Translations under genes and position numbers: made by a program
Notes under the pieces: generated by a model
Told to the model about the DNA's origin: nothing
Database searches by the model: none
The model's input: the letters and a program-made list of their open reading frames with translations, nothing else
Shown: in pieces, positions 32,800-43,375 of the stretch
How positions within the stretch are numbered: position 1 is the stretch's first letter
How the letters are laid out: each line of letters opens with the position of its first letter
Origin: an uncultured cyanobacterium
GTDB taxonomy: Bacteria; Cyanobacteriota; Cyanobacteriia; Cyanobacteriales; Nostocaceae
Direction of reading: 5' to 3'
Length of the DNA stretch: 64,000 nt
NCBI GenBank assembly: GCA_963740315.1
Contig: CAVUDP010000001.1
Span: forward strand, 512,001-576,000

Positions 32800-32951
32800 T
32801 AAGTACTTAGACAAAATTAATTGTATATTTGTCATTGCGAGTGGAACGGAGTGAAACGACGCATTCACCCGTAGGGTGCGGTTCATCGCAACACTTTGAG
32901 ATTGCTTCGCTGTCGCTCGCAATGACATAAATATTTTTGTCTACTTACTTA
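32800..32951. mobile_element. MITE-like element family A, copy 2, with a 21-nt nested insertion
   Basis: Aligns to the reverse complement of 353-476 with extra TTCACCCGTAGGGTGCGGTTC at GCA^ATCGC. Confidence 0.7.
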
Positions 32952-33142
32952 AGATAAATTTAAAATCGGATTGAGCAATTTCAAAATGAAAGCATCCGTT
33001 GCGAAACCCAATGCATCCGTTGTTAAAAATCCTTTCACCAATAATTGCGATCGCATCGGCTTTACTTGTCGGTGCAAGCGCTTTTTCAAGAGTCGCTATT
33101 TGACTACTTTGGTTTTTTCTTCATACCAGCCCTGGTTTAACA

Positions 33143-33562
33143 TTGCCTGCTGTGGGAGAATATCCCCAGGCTGCCGATACTGCCGGATTTTCTGGATCGA
33201 AGGTACGTTATTTTGCTGTAATCACGAGTGGTTGTCTTGCTATGGGAGGAGCTTATTTGAGTTTAGTACAGGTGAGTGCTGGAAAAAAAATTATTGCGAT
33301 CGCGGCTTTAATTTTTGGTAAATGGCATCCTCTAGGTAGTGTTGCAAGTTTATTATTTGGTGCAACGGAAGCTTTGGGAGTGAATATACCCGATCGATTT
33401 TTAATTATGCTCCCCTATGCAATTGCATTATTAGCCCTAATTGGTTTAGTAAGAAAATCCTCATCGCCCCAACAGCGAACAGTTATATTTATAAATTTTG
33501 AAAGTCTTTTCATAGAGCAACATGATAGTTCATACCAATATAACCGGATTCTTAACTATTAA
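33143..33562 (+). pseudogene. Truncated, decayed sugar/nucleoside ABC permease (C-terminal part)
   Basis: AVGEYPQAADTAG...SGCLAMGGAYLSL...IAIAALIFGKWHPLG...MLPY; N-terminal half absent. Confidence 0.7.
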
Positions 33563-33610
33563 AATTACTTATTTTCCCTGTCTACTGTTCACTGCTCACT
33601 GCTCACTGAT

Positions 33611-34483
33611 ATGACTTGGTTTTTCTTCGCAATTTCTACAGCTTTTCTGGAATCAGTCAGGGATATTTTTAATAAAAAGACAGTTTCCCAAGTTGATGAA
33701 TACGTTATTACTTTTTCTTTAAATTTATTAACCGCACTATTTGGATTTCCGCTATTATTTTTTAACGATATTCCCAGTTTGGGAAATAACTTTTGGTACG
33801 CTGTAATTGCGATCGGTATTTTAAACACCATTGCATTTTTACTTTTTTTCAAAGCCATCAAAGCATCAGATTTATCAATAGTTGCTCCCATAACTACATT
33901 AAGTCCGATATTACTTTTAATTACATCTCCATTTCTTGTCGGTGAATTTCCCAACGCGATCGGTATTTTAGGAATATTTATAATTGTAATTGGCGCTTAT
34001 GTATTGAAATTCCAAGATAAAACCAGCGGATATTTAGCTCCTTTTAAATCGTTATTTAAAGAAACCGGGTCAAGATTAATGTTTGGGGTAGTATTAGTAT
34101 GGAGTATTACCGCCAATGTTGATAAAATCGGCGTACAAAATTCCTCTGCAATTATGTGGACGATCGCCGGACATTTGAGCGTCGCTGTATTTACTTTGCC
34201 AATATTATTATTAAAATCAAAACCAAATATTCAAAAGATTAAATCTAATTCGCGAAACTTAATTTTAATCGGTTTAATAAATACGTTATCAATCTTAAGT
34301 CAAATGACTGCCTTAAAACTCGCTCTCGTATCTTATGTAATTGCAGTTAAACGTACCAGCGCCTTATTTAACGTTTTATGGGGTTGGTTGATTTTTAAGG
34401 AACAAGGTATCAAAGAAAGAATTACCGGATCGATAATTATGATTTTGGGAGTTGTAGTTATAACCTTATCGAAGATGGTTTAG
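33611..34483 (+). CDS. EamA/DMT-family transporter
   Basis: About 10 TM helices in two repeats; SDLSIVAP, VSYVIAVKR. Confidence 0.88.
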   Translation: MTWFFFAISTAFLESVRDIFNKKTVSQVDEYVITFSLNLLTALFGFPLLFFNDIPSLGNNFWYAVIAIGILNTIAFLLFFKAIKASDLSIVAPITTLSPILLLITSPFLVGEFPNAIGILGIFIIVIGAYVLKFQDKTSGYLAPFKSLFKETGSRLMFGVVLVWSITANVDKIGVQNSSAIMWTIAGHLSVAVFTLPILLLKSKPNIQKIKSNSRNLILIGLINTLSILSQMTALKLALVSYVIAVKRTSALFNVLWGWLIFKEQGIKERITGSIIMILGVVVITLSKMV

Positions 34484-34800
34484 TCTTCTCGTTTCTCGTT
34501 ACAAGGAACCCATCCTTGTAATGCATATCAGGAGGCTCTGCCTCCGTTACAATATGAAGGCAGGGTTCCTTTAAATATAAGTTCCCAGTCAGAGACTAGT
34601 ATTCCACCACATTGATTTTGATGGGTAAGAAATTCGTAGTGCGTTCGCGTAGATGTATCATCAGATGTGGAAGTGATAAAGCACTACGCAAACCCCGCAA
34701 AACCTATGTTGCTCCGTACTAGAAACCAGTTACTAATAATTGTTTATTGATAATTGCTCACTGCTCACTGCTCACTGCTCACTGTTAACTGTACTCCCTC

Positions 34801-35541
34801 ATGCTGGAAACCCTGGAAACTCAACTTTATCACTTAGAACAATTTGCTAACACGCTTGTTTCTAACCAATTAACTCACCTCAGTTTATTCAGCATCGGCA
34901 TCATTTTTCTGGCTGGGTTGCTTACCAGTCTTACTCCCTGTATGCTTTCGATGCTGCCTATTACTATTGGTTATATCGGCGGTTATGAAGCCAAAAGCCG
35001 GGTACAAGCAGCCGCACAATCGACTTGGTTTGCTTTGGGATTGGCTACAACTTTGGCAGGGCTTGGTATTATAGCAGCAACGGTAGGAAGAGTTTACGGT
35101 CAAATTGGTATTGGTTTACCGATTATTGTCAGCATCATTGCAATTTTGATGGGATTAAATCTACTCGAAGCTTTACCTTTACAGCTTCCTGATTGGGGTG
35201 GTACAGAGTGGATATCTCAAGAATTACCCCAGAGCGTGAGAGCATATTGTATTGGTTTAAGTTTCGGTTTGGTGGCTTCTCCTTGCAGTACCCCGGTTTT
35301 AGCAAGTTTATTAGGATGGGTTGCCACTACCAAAGATTTAGTATTAGGTGCGGCTTTACTGCTTTCCTACACCGCAGGTTATGTGACACCGTTGATTTTA
35401 GCGGGTACTTTTACTGCTTCAATTAAAAAGATAATCGAAATACGTCGCTTTTCTGGCTGGGTGAATCCCGTCAGCGGTGCGTTATTAGTTGGCTTTGGCG
35501 TATTTTCATTGATTTCTCGCATTCCCTTGGGAAGCTTATAA
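34801..35541 (+). CDS. ccdA: Cytochrome c biogenesis thiol-disulfide transporter CcdA
   Basis: GLLTSLTPCMLSMLP and ASPCSTPVL motifs. Confidence 0.93.
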   Translation: MLETLETQLYHLEQFANTLVSNQLTHLSLFSIGIIFLAGLLTSLTPCMLSMLPITIGYIGGYEAKSRVQAAAQSTWFALGLATTLAGLGIIAATVGRVYGQIGIGLPIIVSIIAILMGLNLLEALPLQLPDWGGTEWISQELPQSVRAYCIGLSFGLVASPCSTPVLASLLGWVATTKDLVLGAALLLSYTAGYVTPLILAGTFTASIKKIIEIRRFSGWVNPVSGALLVGFGVFSLISRIPLGSL

Positions 35542-35544
35542 AAA

Positions 35545-36948
35545 ATGACTTTAGAAGAATCTTCAAAATCCCCGTTAACAGCAATTACAAACTTTATCCG
35601 CAAAGAGTTTTTACCAGTACTTACAGATTTACGGTTAGCGATAATTTTACTGTTAGCGATCGCCTTTTTTAGTATCGGTGGTACGGTGATCGAGCAAGGA
35701 CAATCGATCGCCTTTTATCAAGAGAATTATCCCGAAAAACCGGCTTTATTCGGCTTTTTGACCTGGAAAGTAGTGATAATTCTGGGTTTAGACCACATTT
35801 ATCGTACTTGGTGGTTTCTAGCTTTACTTATCTTCTTTGGTTTAAGCTTAACTGCCTGCACCTTTACCCGGCAACTTCCAGCCCTCAAAGCTGCACGTCG
35901 TTGGAAGTTTTTCGACAAACCCCAACGATTTCAAAAGTTAGCGTTAAGTGCGGAATTCGATGTTGACGAAAACAATTTTACATCTATCCAAAATCTTACC
36001 GAAATTCTGCAACAGCGCCGCTACAAAGTTTTTCAAGAAGATGCAGATAAACTTTATGCTCGTAAGGGAATTATTGGTAAAATTGGTCCGATTGTAGTTC
36101 ACATCGGTATCGTAGTTATTTTACTTGGCTCAATTTTGGGCGCAATGACGGGGTTTATGGCTCAGGAAATGGTTCCCAGTGGCGAAACTTTCCAAATTAA
36201 AAATATCATAGATGCCGGACTTTGGGCATCACCGCAAGTTACCAACGATTGGGCTGTGAAGGTAAATCGCTTCTGGATTGACTACAGCTCCAGCGGCGGA
36301 ATCGACCAATTTTACTCGGATATGTCGGTATTAGATAAAGAAGGCAAAGAAATAGACAAAGACACAATTTACGTTAACCATCCCTTGCGACACAAAGGAG
36401 TTACCCTTTATCAAACAGATTGGGGAATTGCAGCAGTAAAAGTTCGAGTTAACAAAAGTCCGATTTTTCGACTTCCGATGGCGCAGCTTGACACCGGAGG
36501 AAAAGCACGGATTTGGGGAACTTGGATTCCTACCAAACCAGATTTAAGTGAAGGAGTTTCCTTACTAGCTACAGATTTACAAGGAACCGTAATCATTTAC
36601 GATGCTCAAGGTAAGTTAATAAATACCGTCCGCGAAGGAATGTCGGCGGAGGTAAACGGCGTTACCTTGAAAGTGTTGCAAGTAGTTGGTTCTACGGGGT
36701 TGCAAATTAAAGCAGACCCAGGTATACCAGTAGTTTACGCCGGATTTGCCTTATTAATGTTGGGAGTAGTAATGAGTTACTTTTCTCACTCGCAGGTATG
36801 GGTATTGCAGAAAGAAGGTAATTTGTACGTTGGTGGTAAAACCAATCGTGCCCAAGTGGCTTTTGAAGGGGAAATGGTAGAGATATTTGAGCAAGTAAAT
36901 TCTCAATCAAAGGGTGAAGCTACTAAGTCTTTGGTTTCTAGTTTATAA
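35545..36948 (+). CDS. ccs1: Cytochrome c biogenesis protein Ccs1/CcsB (ResB family)
   Basis: [44 protein letters not shown]. Confidence 0.93.
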   Translation: MTLEESSKSPLTAITNFIRKEFLPVLTDLRLAIILLLAIAFFSIGGTVIEQGQSIAFYQENYPEKPALFGFLTWKVVIILGLDHIYRTWWFLALLIFFGLSLTACTFTRQLPALKAARRWKFFDKPQRFQKLALSAEFDVDENNFTSIQNLTEILQQRRYKVFQEDADKLYARKGIIGKIGPIVVHIGIVVILLGSILGAMTGFMAQEMVPSGETFQIKNIIDAGLWASPQVTNDWAVKVNRFWIDYSSSGGIDQFYSDMSVLDKEGKEIDKDTIYVNHPLRHKGVTLYQTDWGIAAVKVRVNKSPIFRLPMAQLDTGGKARIWGTWIPTKPDLSEGVSLLATDLQGTVIIYDAQGKLINTVREGMSAEVNGVTLKVLQVVGSTGLQIKADPGIPVVYAGFALLMLGVVMSYFSHSQVWVLQKEGNLYVGGKTNRAQVAFEGEMVEIFEQVNSQSKGEATKSLVSSL

Positions 36949-37003
36949 GTTGGGGATTAGGGGATTGGGGATTAGGTAAACTATTTTTAAGGAACTATAG
37001 CTT

Positions 37004-37573
37004 ATGGCATTATCTATTCAGCCTTCAGTATTCACCCTAGAAGAGTTTTTAGAATTACCAGAAACAAAACCAGCAAGTGAATATATTGATGGGAAAATCT
37101 ACCAAAAACCTATGCCACAGGGAAAACATAGCACTTTACAAATTGAGTTAGCTTCTGCTATTAACCAAGTAGGAAAAGCGAAAAAATTAGCTTATGCGTT
37201 TACTGAGTTACGCTGTACTTTTGCAGGTAAATCCATTGTTCCAGATATAGCTGTGTTTGAATGGCAAAGAATTCCTTTAGATGAAAATGGTCAGATTGCT
37301 AATCAATTTGAAATAGCTCCCGTAGTGGTAATTGAAATTCTCTCCCCAAAACAATCTGCGAGCAAGGTGATTCGTAAAATTACATTTTGCATAAAAAATG
37401 GGACTAAATTAGGCTATTTTGTTGATGCTGAGGATGAATCAATTACAGTTTTTCAACCAAATCAATTACCGGAAGTTAAAGAAAAACAAGATATTCTACC
37501 CGTGTTAAATGTTTTGGAAAATTGGCAACTGACTGTTGAAGATGTATTTAACTGGTTGAGCTTTTCTAAATAA
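37004..37573 (+). CDS. Uma2-family PD-(D/E)xK endonuclease-like protein
   Basis: PETKPASEYIDG, SIVPDIAVF, VIEILSP. Confidence 0.9.
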   Translation: MALSIQPSVFTLEEFLELPETKPASEYIDGKIYQKPMPQGKHSTLQIELASAINQVGKAKKLAYAFTELRCTFAGKSIVPDIAVFEWQRIPLDENGQIANQFEIAPVVVIEILSPKQSASKVIRKITFCIKNGTKLGYFVDAEDESITVFQPNQLPEVKEKQDILPVLNVLENWQLTVEDVFNWLSFSK

Positions 37574-37587
37574 AAGTTCGGCAATTA

Positions 37588-38095
37588 TTAGCAGAAGTTT
37601 TCAGCAATCGATTTGGTGGGTAAATAAAGTTTTAAGGGATACTGCTTGAACTGCCGAAAACCATATCTCTGGTAAAAGCTAACGGCATTTTCATCTATTG
37701 CTTCTACTACTACGGCTAAAGATGCAATCTGTGTGGTAGCTTCTAATACTCTTTGTAAAGCGTCAACCAAAATTAATTCGCCTATACCTTTACCCTGATA
37801 TGCTTTAGTAACGGCAAGACGACCTAGTAAAGTTGCAGGTAGTAGTGGATAGCGAGGTACAGTTTTGGCAAAGTCTTCATTTAAACTAGTGACATCTACT
37901 GTATACGAGGAAAGTGTATAGTAAGCAATAACATCAACATTTAGAGAATCAATTAGCACAAAAACAGTTTTATTCTTTTTTTTTGACTTCTTGAGATGCC
38001 TGTTTTTGTATATAATTATTCAAGCTTTCGTTTCCGCAAACAAATGTTGAACGATTATGCTTTTTTTTATCGAGCAACTCAATCGTTAATGGCAT
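37588..38095 (-). pseudogene. GNAT (AtaT/TacT-like) toxin frameshifted (+1) in or near an A9 run
   Basis: ATG at 38095 gives MPLTIELLDKKKHNRSTFVCGNESLNNYIQKQASQEVKKKE*; the rest (TVFVLID...PATLLGRLAV...QGKGIG...FYQRYGF) is in the next frame; total span 508 nt. Confidence 0.88.
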
Positions 38096-38381
38096 TATTC
38101 TTTATTACTTGCTGATAACGTAAAGTTGCTTCTTTCAAAGCATCCGATGGCTGGGGTGGGTTTAAAATTGCTTCAATAAAAGCTTCTGCATCTTGTGTAC
38201 TTAACTTTAATGTTTGTTGCTGTTCAATAACTTTGCAAGCAGCAGCTTGAGCGCTAGCAATAACAAAATCGGTTAAAGTTACTCCCTGTAAATCTGCGGC
38301 TTTTTGCCATAGAGCTTTTATTTCTGGATTAACGCGAGCTTCTAAGCGAGCCATCGATTTTGGAACGTTAGTGCTACTCAT
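38079..38381 (-). CDS. DUF1778 (RHH) antitoxin
   Basis: ARLEARV...QKAADLQGVTLTDFVIASA...FIEAILNPPQP; overlaps the GNAT toxin start. Confidence 0.9.
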   Translation of the reverse strand: MSSTNVPKSMARLEARVNPEIKALWQKAADLQGVTLTDFVIASAQAAACKVIEQQQTLKLSTQDAEAFIEAILNPPQPSDALKEATLRYQQVIKNNAIND

Positions 38382-38775
38382 AGAATATCTAGACAGGAGT
38401 TGACTTTATTATTATATACGGCAAAATGCCGTATTAGTTATATATTGTTTGTTTTTTAGTACTAATAGGTAATATATTCGTAGTGCGAGCGTCTCGCGAG
38501 CTGGTCTTAATCGCGAGACGCTTGCACTACCCAAACCCCTCATAACTTATGTGGTGAAGTACTAGGGAAGGAGATGCGAACACTATTAACTACGGTAAAA
38601 TCTCTGTTAATACTGTGCCAGTGAATCTATACAACCTTAAATAAAAGAAATAAAAGAAATAAAAGAAGACGTTGCAGTGTGCACGCCGTCTCTACATTAG
38701 TTAAAAGCATTCTTTTAAGTTAAAATTTACATCCAAAATCCAAAATCAAATAACTCAATACCTTTAACCTTTAAC

Positions 38776-39162
38776 CTACTTTTGATGAGTAACTTCAACT
38801 ACGGTATGTACGTTACCGCGTGGTGTAAAGTCAGCTTTTACGGTAATTTCTAAAGGATCGCAGGCTGCAACGATATCATCTAAAATTTGATTGGCTGATT
38901 CTTCGTGGGAAATATATCTATCCCTATAGCTATTAATGTAAAGCTTGATTGCCTTTAACTCGACAACTTTTTCGTCGGGGACGTAAGTTACATAAATTGT
39001 GGCAAAATCGGGATAGCCAGAAAACGGACATTTACAGGTAAATTCTGGCAACGTAATACTAATATTGTATCTTCTTCCCACACGCGGATTCGGAAATGTA
39101 ATTAAATTTCCTTCGTCAATCTCGCGCTCGCCATACTTAACTTCTGTATTTATCTGAGCCAT
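38776..39162 (-). CDS. queF: NADPH-dependent 7-cyano-7-deazaguanine reductase
   Basis: EFTCKCPFSGYPDFA, VELKAIKLYINSYR, SHEE, PRGN. Confidence 0.96.
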   Translation of the reverse strand: MAQINTEVKYGEREIDEGNLITFPNPRVGRRYNISITLPEFTCKCPFSGYPDFATIYVTYVPDEKVVELKAIKLYINSYRDRYISHEESANQILDDIVAACDPLEITVKADFTPRGNVHTVVEVTHQK

Positions 39163-39292
39163 TTATAATCAACAATAATTAATCACTAAATTGGGCATGG
39201 GCAATAGGGCATTGGGTGTTGATTCACAAAGTTTCACCCTTAACCTTATATACCTTGTTTTTTAATTTTTAACTCCTAACTCCGCGAGCTAA

Positions 39293-39691
39293 CTATTCCT
39301 CTTCCCAATCGGGACAATTTTCATCTTCATATCCTGAAGGATGCATACCGCAAACTAGTAAGTTACCACTGTAAACTTGTCCGTGGTAGTTACGACAACC
39401 CATACAGGCGGGGTTCTTTTCTGCTGTCGGTTCTACGGGATAAGGAAAATGACCATTCATATCATCTCCTAAAACATCCTCAAAATCCCAATAAACTTCT
39501 AAAAACGGTTCGGCTAAATCTTGTAAATATTGATCTACTTCAGAAAGTAACGAACTTTGAACTTGTTCGCTAAGCTCTTCAGTCATTTCAATAAAACTAT
39601 CCACTACCTCTGTCATACCCACGAAGAAGCGTTCCACTTCATCAGATACGGATTTAACAACGTCCGAAAAATCTTTTTGCCACTCATCCAT
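39293..39691 (-). CDS. Hypothetical protein with C-terminal Cys/His cluster
   Basis: Acidic helical N-terminus; ACMGCRNYHG...LVCGMHP...CPDWE. Confidence 0.75.
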   Translation of the reverse strand: MDEWQKDFSDVVKSVSDEVERFFVGMTEVVDSFIEMTEELSEQVQSSLLSEVDQYLQDLAEPFLEVYWDFEDVLGDDMNGHFPYPVEPTAEKNPACMGCRNYHGQVYSGNLLVCGMHPSGYEDENCPDWEEE

Positions 39692-39926
39692 AAAAAATAG
39701 TCCTCACTTACAACAATAATAGGACATTTATTTCAACGCTTCGATCGCGTCTTCCGGAGGGTGGCAATTAACGATCGCAACATTTTAGCGCTACACCAAG
39801 CATTTTGGTCAATACTTGATATTAAAAGTACACCCCACCAATGGATATTTTATAACAATCATTTTGGAATGGCTGTTATAAATTTAAATCGTTGCTCCCG
39901 GCGCGGACGTACTTTGAGTTAATTAA

Positions 39927-40307
39927 TTATTTATCGCGCTGCAACCGACGCAATTCGTCTTGCATCCGCTTAACTTGATCGCGTAATCGATCGACATCTT
40001 CAGGGGGGGAATCTTTGGCAGTTGGTTCCTCATCATCGCTTAAAATTTCTATGCGACGGGGTTCGGTGCGAGATGTGGTTTCACCGCTTGCGTCACTGGC
40101 TCCGGATTGGGCTTGCTTCATCATGTCTTCCACAAAGCGACGGGCTTCTTCGGCGTTCATTTCGCCCTTCGCAACCATTTCATCTGCCAGTTTTTGGGCT
40201 TGCGATCGCAATTCTGCTAAAGTTCCACCAGCTTTCTCGCCAGCGTAAGCAGCTAGCCCAACACCAAGATAAAAAGCTCTTTTAGCGATATCTCCAAAAC
40301 CAGGCAT
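39927..40307 (-). CDS. Phasin-family protein
   Basis: AFYLGVGLA...MVAKGEMNAEEARRFVE. Confidence 0.75.
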   Translation of the reverse strand: MPGFGDIAKRAFYLGVGLAAYAGEKAGGTLAELRSQAQKLADEMVAKGEMNAEEARRFVEDMMKQAQSGASDASGETTSRTEPRRIEILSDDEEPTAKDSPPEDVDRLRDQVKRMQDELRRLQRDK

Positions 40308-40333
40308 TATATGAAAATTCTCTCTAAAAATAG

Positions 40334-40430
40334 GGCGACCCGGAGTCTACGCCTACTGTAAGCATCCCGTATTGCTGCTACCTTCCGGTCCTGACAAGAT
40401 TTGGGCGTTGCAGTTGCATAGGTCCAGGTC
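40334..40430 (-). ncRNA. ffs: Signal recognition particle RNA (4.5S, small type)
   Basis: Minus strand contains TCAGGACCGGAAGGTAGCAGC (domain IV with GGAA tetraloop) inside a long hairpin GACCTGGAC...TCCGGGTC. Confidence 0.95.
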
Positions 40431-40488
40431 TAGAAACAATATAGCATTAAACTGTTTAAATGTGTAACGGATAGTTGGGGATTTTTAG

Positions 40489-40755
40489 CTATTCAACTAG
40501 AAGCCGCCATTCATATAACTTATAGGTAACGCAATCATTTTTAATTAAAGGATCGCCCGCTACAATCGCTTCTGCTTCATCCATCGAAGCGGCTTCAAAA
40601 AGCAACATTCCGCCACCATATTGCGCCCAATAACCCGTTTTTGCTTGATGTCCTTTCTGCTTCAACTCTTCCACATAAGCTTTATGCGCGGGGACATATC
40701 GATCGAAAATCGATTTATCAACTTTACCTTCTTCTATTTTCACAAACCACGGCAT
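40489..40755 (-). CDS. YciI-family protein
   Basis: PAHKAYV...GGMLLFEAAS.DEAEAIVAGDP. Confidence 0.85.
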   Translation of the reverse strand: MPWFVKIEEGKVDKSIFDRYVPAHKAYVEELKQKGHQAKTGYWAQYGGGMLLFEAASMDEAEAIVAGDPLIKNDCVTYKLYEWRLLVE

Positions 40756-41074
40756 TTTCTTCTAATTCCTCCTTTGACGGGATTCATCTTAGTTTAATAT
40801 CTGCTGGAGTTGGCGTTAGTTTTTCCTTGTTGAAAGTAATATCAAGTTTGGTATGTGGCGATCGCGATCGAATTAGAGTAATGCAATTTTTACAAGAGCG
40901 ATCGATATAATCCCGGCTTTTTCTCGATGAAAATACGGTTTTATGATTTTTTTAGTGATATTAAATACTATTTTTGGTTAAGTGGAAAAAATCTACGGTT
41001 GGGTTAAACACCAAAAAAATTGATTGTAACGAAAATTTAAATCTGGTGTCGTAACCCAACATCATCGCTGTGGA

Positions 41075-41274
41075 TAAGTACTTAGGCAAAATTAATTGTG
41101 CATTTGTCCGAAGCGAGTGGAACGTTCACGCGGAGCGTGCGGCGAGGGCGAAACGAAGCATTCACCCGTAGGGTGCGGTTCATCGCAAAACCTGAGAAAG
41201 ATCCGCTGTCGCATGTCCTATCGGACACGCTGCGCTAACGCTTCGGACACAAATAATGAAGGCACACCCACTTA
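41075..41274. mobile_element. MITE-like element family A, copy 3, with several nested micro-insertions, adjoining family B elements
   Basis: TAAGTAC...CCCACTTA ends; shares the 21-nt insert of copy 2. Confidence 0.7.
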
Positions 41275-41281
41275 TAAGTTC

Positions 41282-41446
41282 GTAGGTTGGGTTAGACACC
41301 AAAAAAATTGATTGTAACGAAAATTTAAATCTGGTGTCGTAACTCAACATCAATATTGGGGATAAATAAAAATATCACTCAGTTACGACGCTATATAAAT
41401 TCGGCAATTAAAACCCTATATCATAGATGCGTTTAACCCAACCTAC
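41282..41446. mobile_element. REP/MITE-like element family B (GTAGGTTGGGTTAGAC...GTCTAACCCAACCTAC)
   Basis: 16-bp terminal IR; full copy also at 42432-42596; halves at ~40993-41074 and ~41790-41867. Confidence 0.75.
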
Positions 41447-41449
41447 AAC

Positions 41450-41551
41450 TATTCCCTAATTAATACAAGTAATCGCTTCCCTGGATGAATTAATATCGGG
41501 AGAAACTCTTAAAAAATGGATAAATCCGGTATTTGGACAAGGCATTTTTAG
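41450..41551 (-). pseudogene. Remnant resembling the C-terminus of DUF6745-type proteins
   Basis: LKMPCPNTGFIHFLRVSPDINSSREAITCIN*GI resembles the recalled consensus LKMTCPSTG.IH.LRVPP...AREAI.WVNWGI, with Trp replaced by a stop. Confidence 0.5.
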
Positions 41552-41863
41552 GCTCTGAATAATTTTATTGATTCGGCTAAGTTGCAAATCGCAACTTAAC
41601 CGTAATCGAGCCAAAGAATCTATTGTGTCATCCCGAAAATTTTGGCTCTTCATTACATAGTATGCTAAATCATGGGTAATGAATAGCTGTAACATATACT
41701 GAACAAGGGCTTTGATTCTTGTTTACTTCATTTGTTACTAATATCTTCCTTTTTTCCCTTCTGCCTACTGCCTACTGCCTTCTGCCTTTTTACGACTATT
41801 TAATTAGCATAACAAGTGCTGAAGAACCATTAAAACCTATATCAAAGATGCGTCTAACCCAAC

Positions 41864-42292
41864 CTACAATTGTTCACTGTTCGCTGCTTTCCCCAACTTC
41901 ACCGTTAACCATTCATCTTTATCTCGTAGTAAAAATAAAGCAATCAATCCACCTAAAGCGGGAACCGCAGCCCAAAATAATGTATTTGGACTTTCATAGG
42001 GATTGAATAGCTTTTGGTATGTAGAGAGTACCGATACAATATGCATTCCTAAAATTGCTCCATAAGTCCAGGTTTTAAATAAACCCACCATGAATGCAAT
42101 AATGATTAAAGTTTGGATAGCGCCAACGACGTAAGAAAATATAGGAGATACTTCCATAAAATAAAAGCTGGAAAATATCTTTTGCGTTGATTCTGGCTGA
42201 ATTATTTTCCGCAACGACCAAACAAGGAAGAATATTGCTGTGGAAATGCGGATTATTGCTAAACTAATTTGTAACTTTCTTTCGTCTGTCAT
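41864..42292 (-). CDS. DoxX-like membrane protein
   Basis: Four hydrophobic segments; LAIIRISTAIFFLVWS...GLFKTWTYG. Confidence 0.7.
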   Translation of the reverse strand: MTDERKLQISLAIIRISTAIFFLVWSLRKIIQPESTQKIFSSFYFMEVSPIFSYVVGAIQTLIIIAFMVGLFKTWTYGAILGMHIVSVLSTYQKLFNPYESPNTLFWAAVPALGGLIALFLLRDKDEWLTVKLGKAANSEQL

Positions 42293-42431
42293 GATTTTTT
42301 ACCTATTACCTATTACCTATTACTTCCGTAATGGTGGCATTCTCCCGCCATTTTGGTAGAGAGCAGTATTGCAAACAAATATGACATAGAAATGACTTGA
42401 ATTGAGCATTGAGCATGGTAAATAGTTATTC

Positions 42432-42596
42432 GTAGGTTGGGTTAGACACTAAAAAAAAATTGGTTGTAACGAAAATTTAAATCTGGTGTCGTAACCCAAC
42501 ATCATCGTTGTAGATGTAATAAAAGATAAGGGGTTACGACGCTATATCAATTCTTAATTAAAACCCTATATCACAGATGCGTCTAACCCAACCTAC
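42432..42596. mobile_element. Family B element, full copy
   Basis: Perfect 16-bp terminal IR; closely similar to 41282-41446. Confidence 0.75.
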
Positions 42597-42617
42597 AACT
42601 ACAACTGCTAACTGAAA

Positions 42618-43157
42618 ATGAGCCTTTATTTCATCGCTTTATTACCACCGCAATCAATCCAAGATTACGCTACTGAAGTTAAGCAATATTTTGCCGATCG
42701 CTACGACAGCAAGCACGCTTTCAAATCACCACCCCATATTACGTTACAACCTCCTTTTGAATGGAATACGCATAAAATAACCGATTTGGAGGAATGTTTG
42801 CAGAAGTTTGTTATGGGAAGAAATTCAATCCCAGTCACTCTTAATGGTTATAATGCCTTTGTTCCTCGCGTTATCTATATTGATGTAGTTAAAACCATTA
42901 AGTTGATGAATTTGCAAGCCGATTTAATGGTTTATTTAGAAAACCATCTGGAGATAGTTGACAAGGTTGCTAAATCTCGCGGTTTTACTCCTCACATGAC
43001 AGTTGCTTTTAAAGATTTGAAGCGAAATCATTTTCAAGCTGCTTGGATGGAATTTGAAAATAAAGAATTGCATTTTGAGTTTAATGCGAGGAAGTTGACG
43101 CTGTTGAAGCATGAAGATAAAAAATGGAATATTGTTTCATTGTTTGAATTTGTATAA
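42618..43157 (+). CDS. 2H phosphoesterase (2'-5' RNA ligase family)
   Basis: Two HxT motifs: PPHITL and TPHMTV. Confidence 0.9.
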   Translation: MSLYFIALLPPQSIQDYATEVKQYFADRYDSKHAFKSPPHITLQPPFEWNTHKITDLEECLQKFVMGRNSIPVTLNGYNAFVPRVIYIDVVKTIKLMNLQADLMVYLENHLEIVDKVAKSRGFTPHMTVAFKDLKRNHFQAAWMEFENKELHFEFNARKLTLLKHEDKKWNIVSLFEFV

Positions 43158-43375
43158 TCTTCAGGTATAACTTTGAAGTAAATCACCTTGTTTGTATAAA
43201 CAGGCTTTTTTTTTTTGATTTTTTTGGAAACAGCTAAGTATATTTCCGGAAACTTAAAAAGAGCAATGAAGCCCGGTTTCTCGATCTTCTATTTAACCTT
43301 AAAAGTATGTTTTGTCCTGCGTATATTTCCGGAAAATTTCAGGGAGGTATGTAGTTAAAAGAAGGAAATACAATA

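Noticed and set aside
32971..33321. 116-aa ORF next to the CRISPR leader as a small cas/accessory gene
   Set aside because: It overlaps the decayed ABC permease in another frame and has no recognisable motif
42618..43157. 2H phosphoesterase as a cyclic-oligonucleotide-degrading CRISPR/CBASS accessory
   Set aside because: It lies 10 kb from the CRISPR cassette in a non-defence context, and the family is common housekeeping
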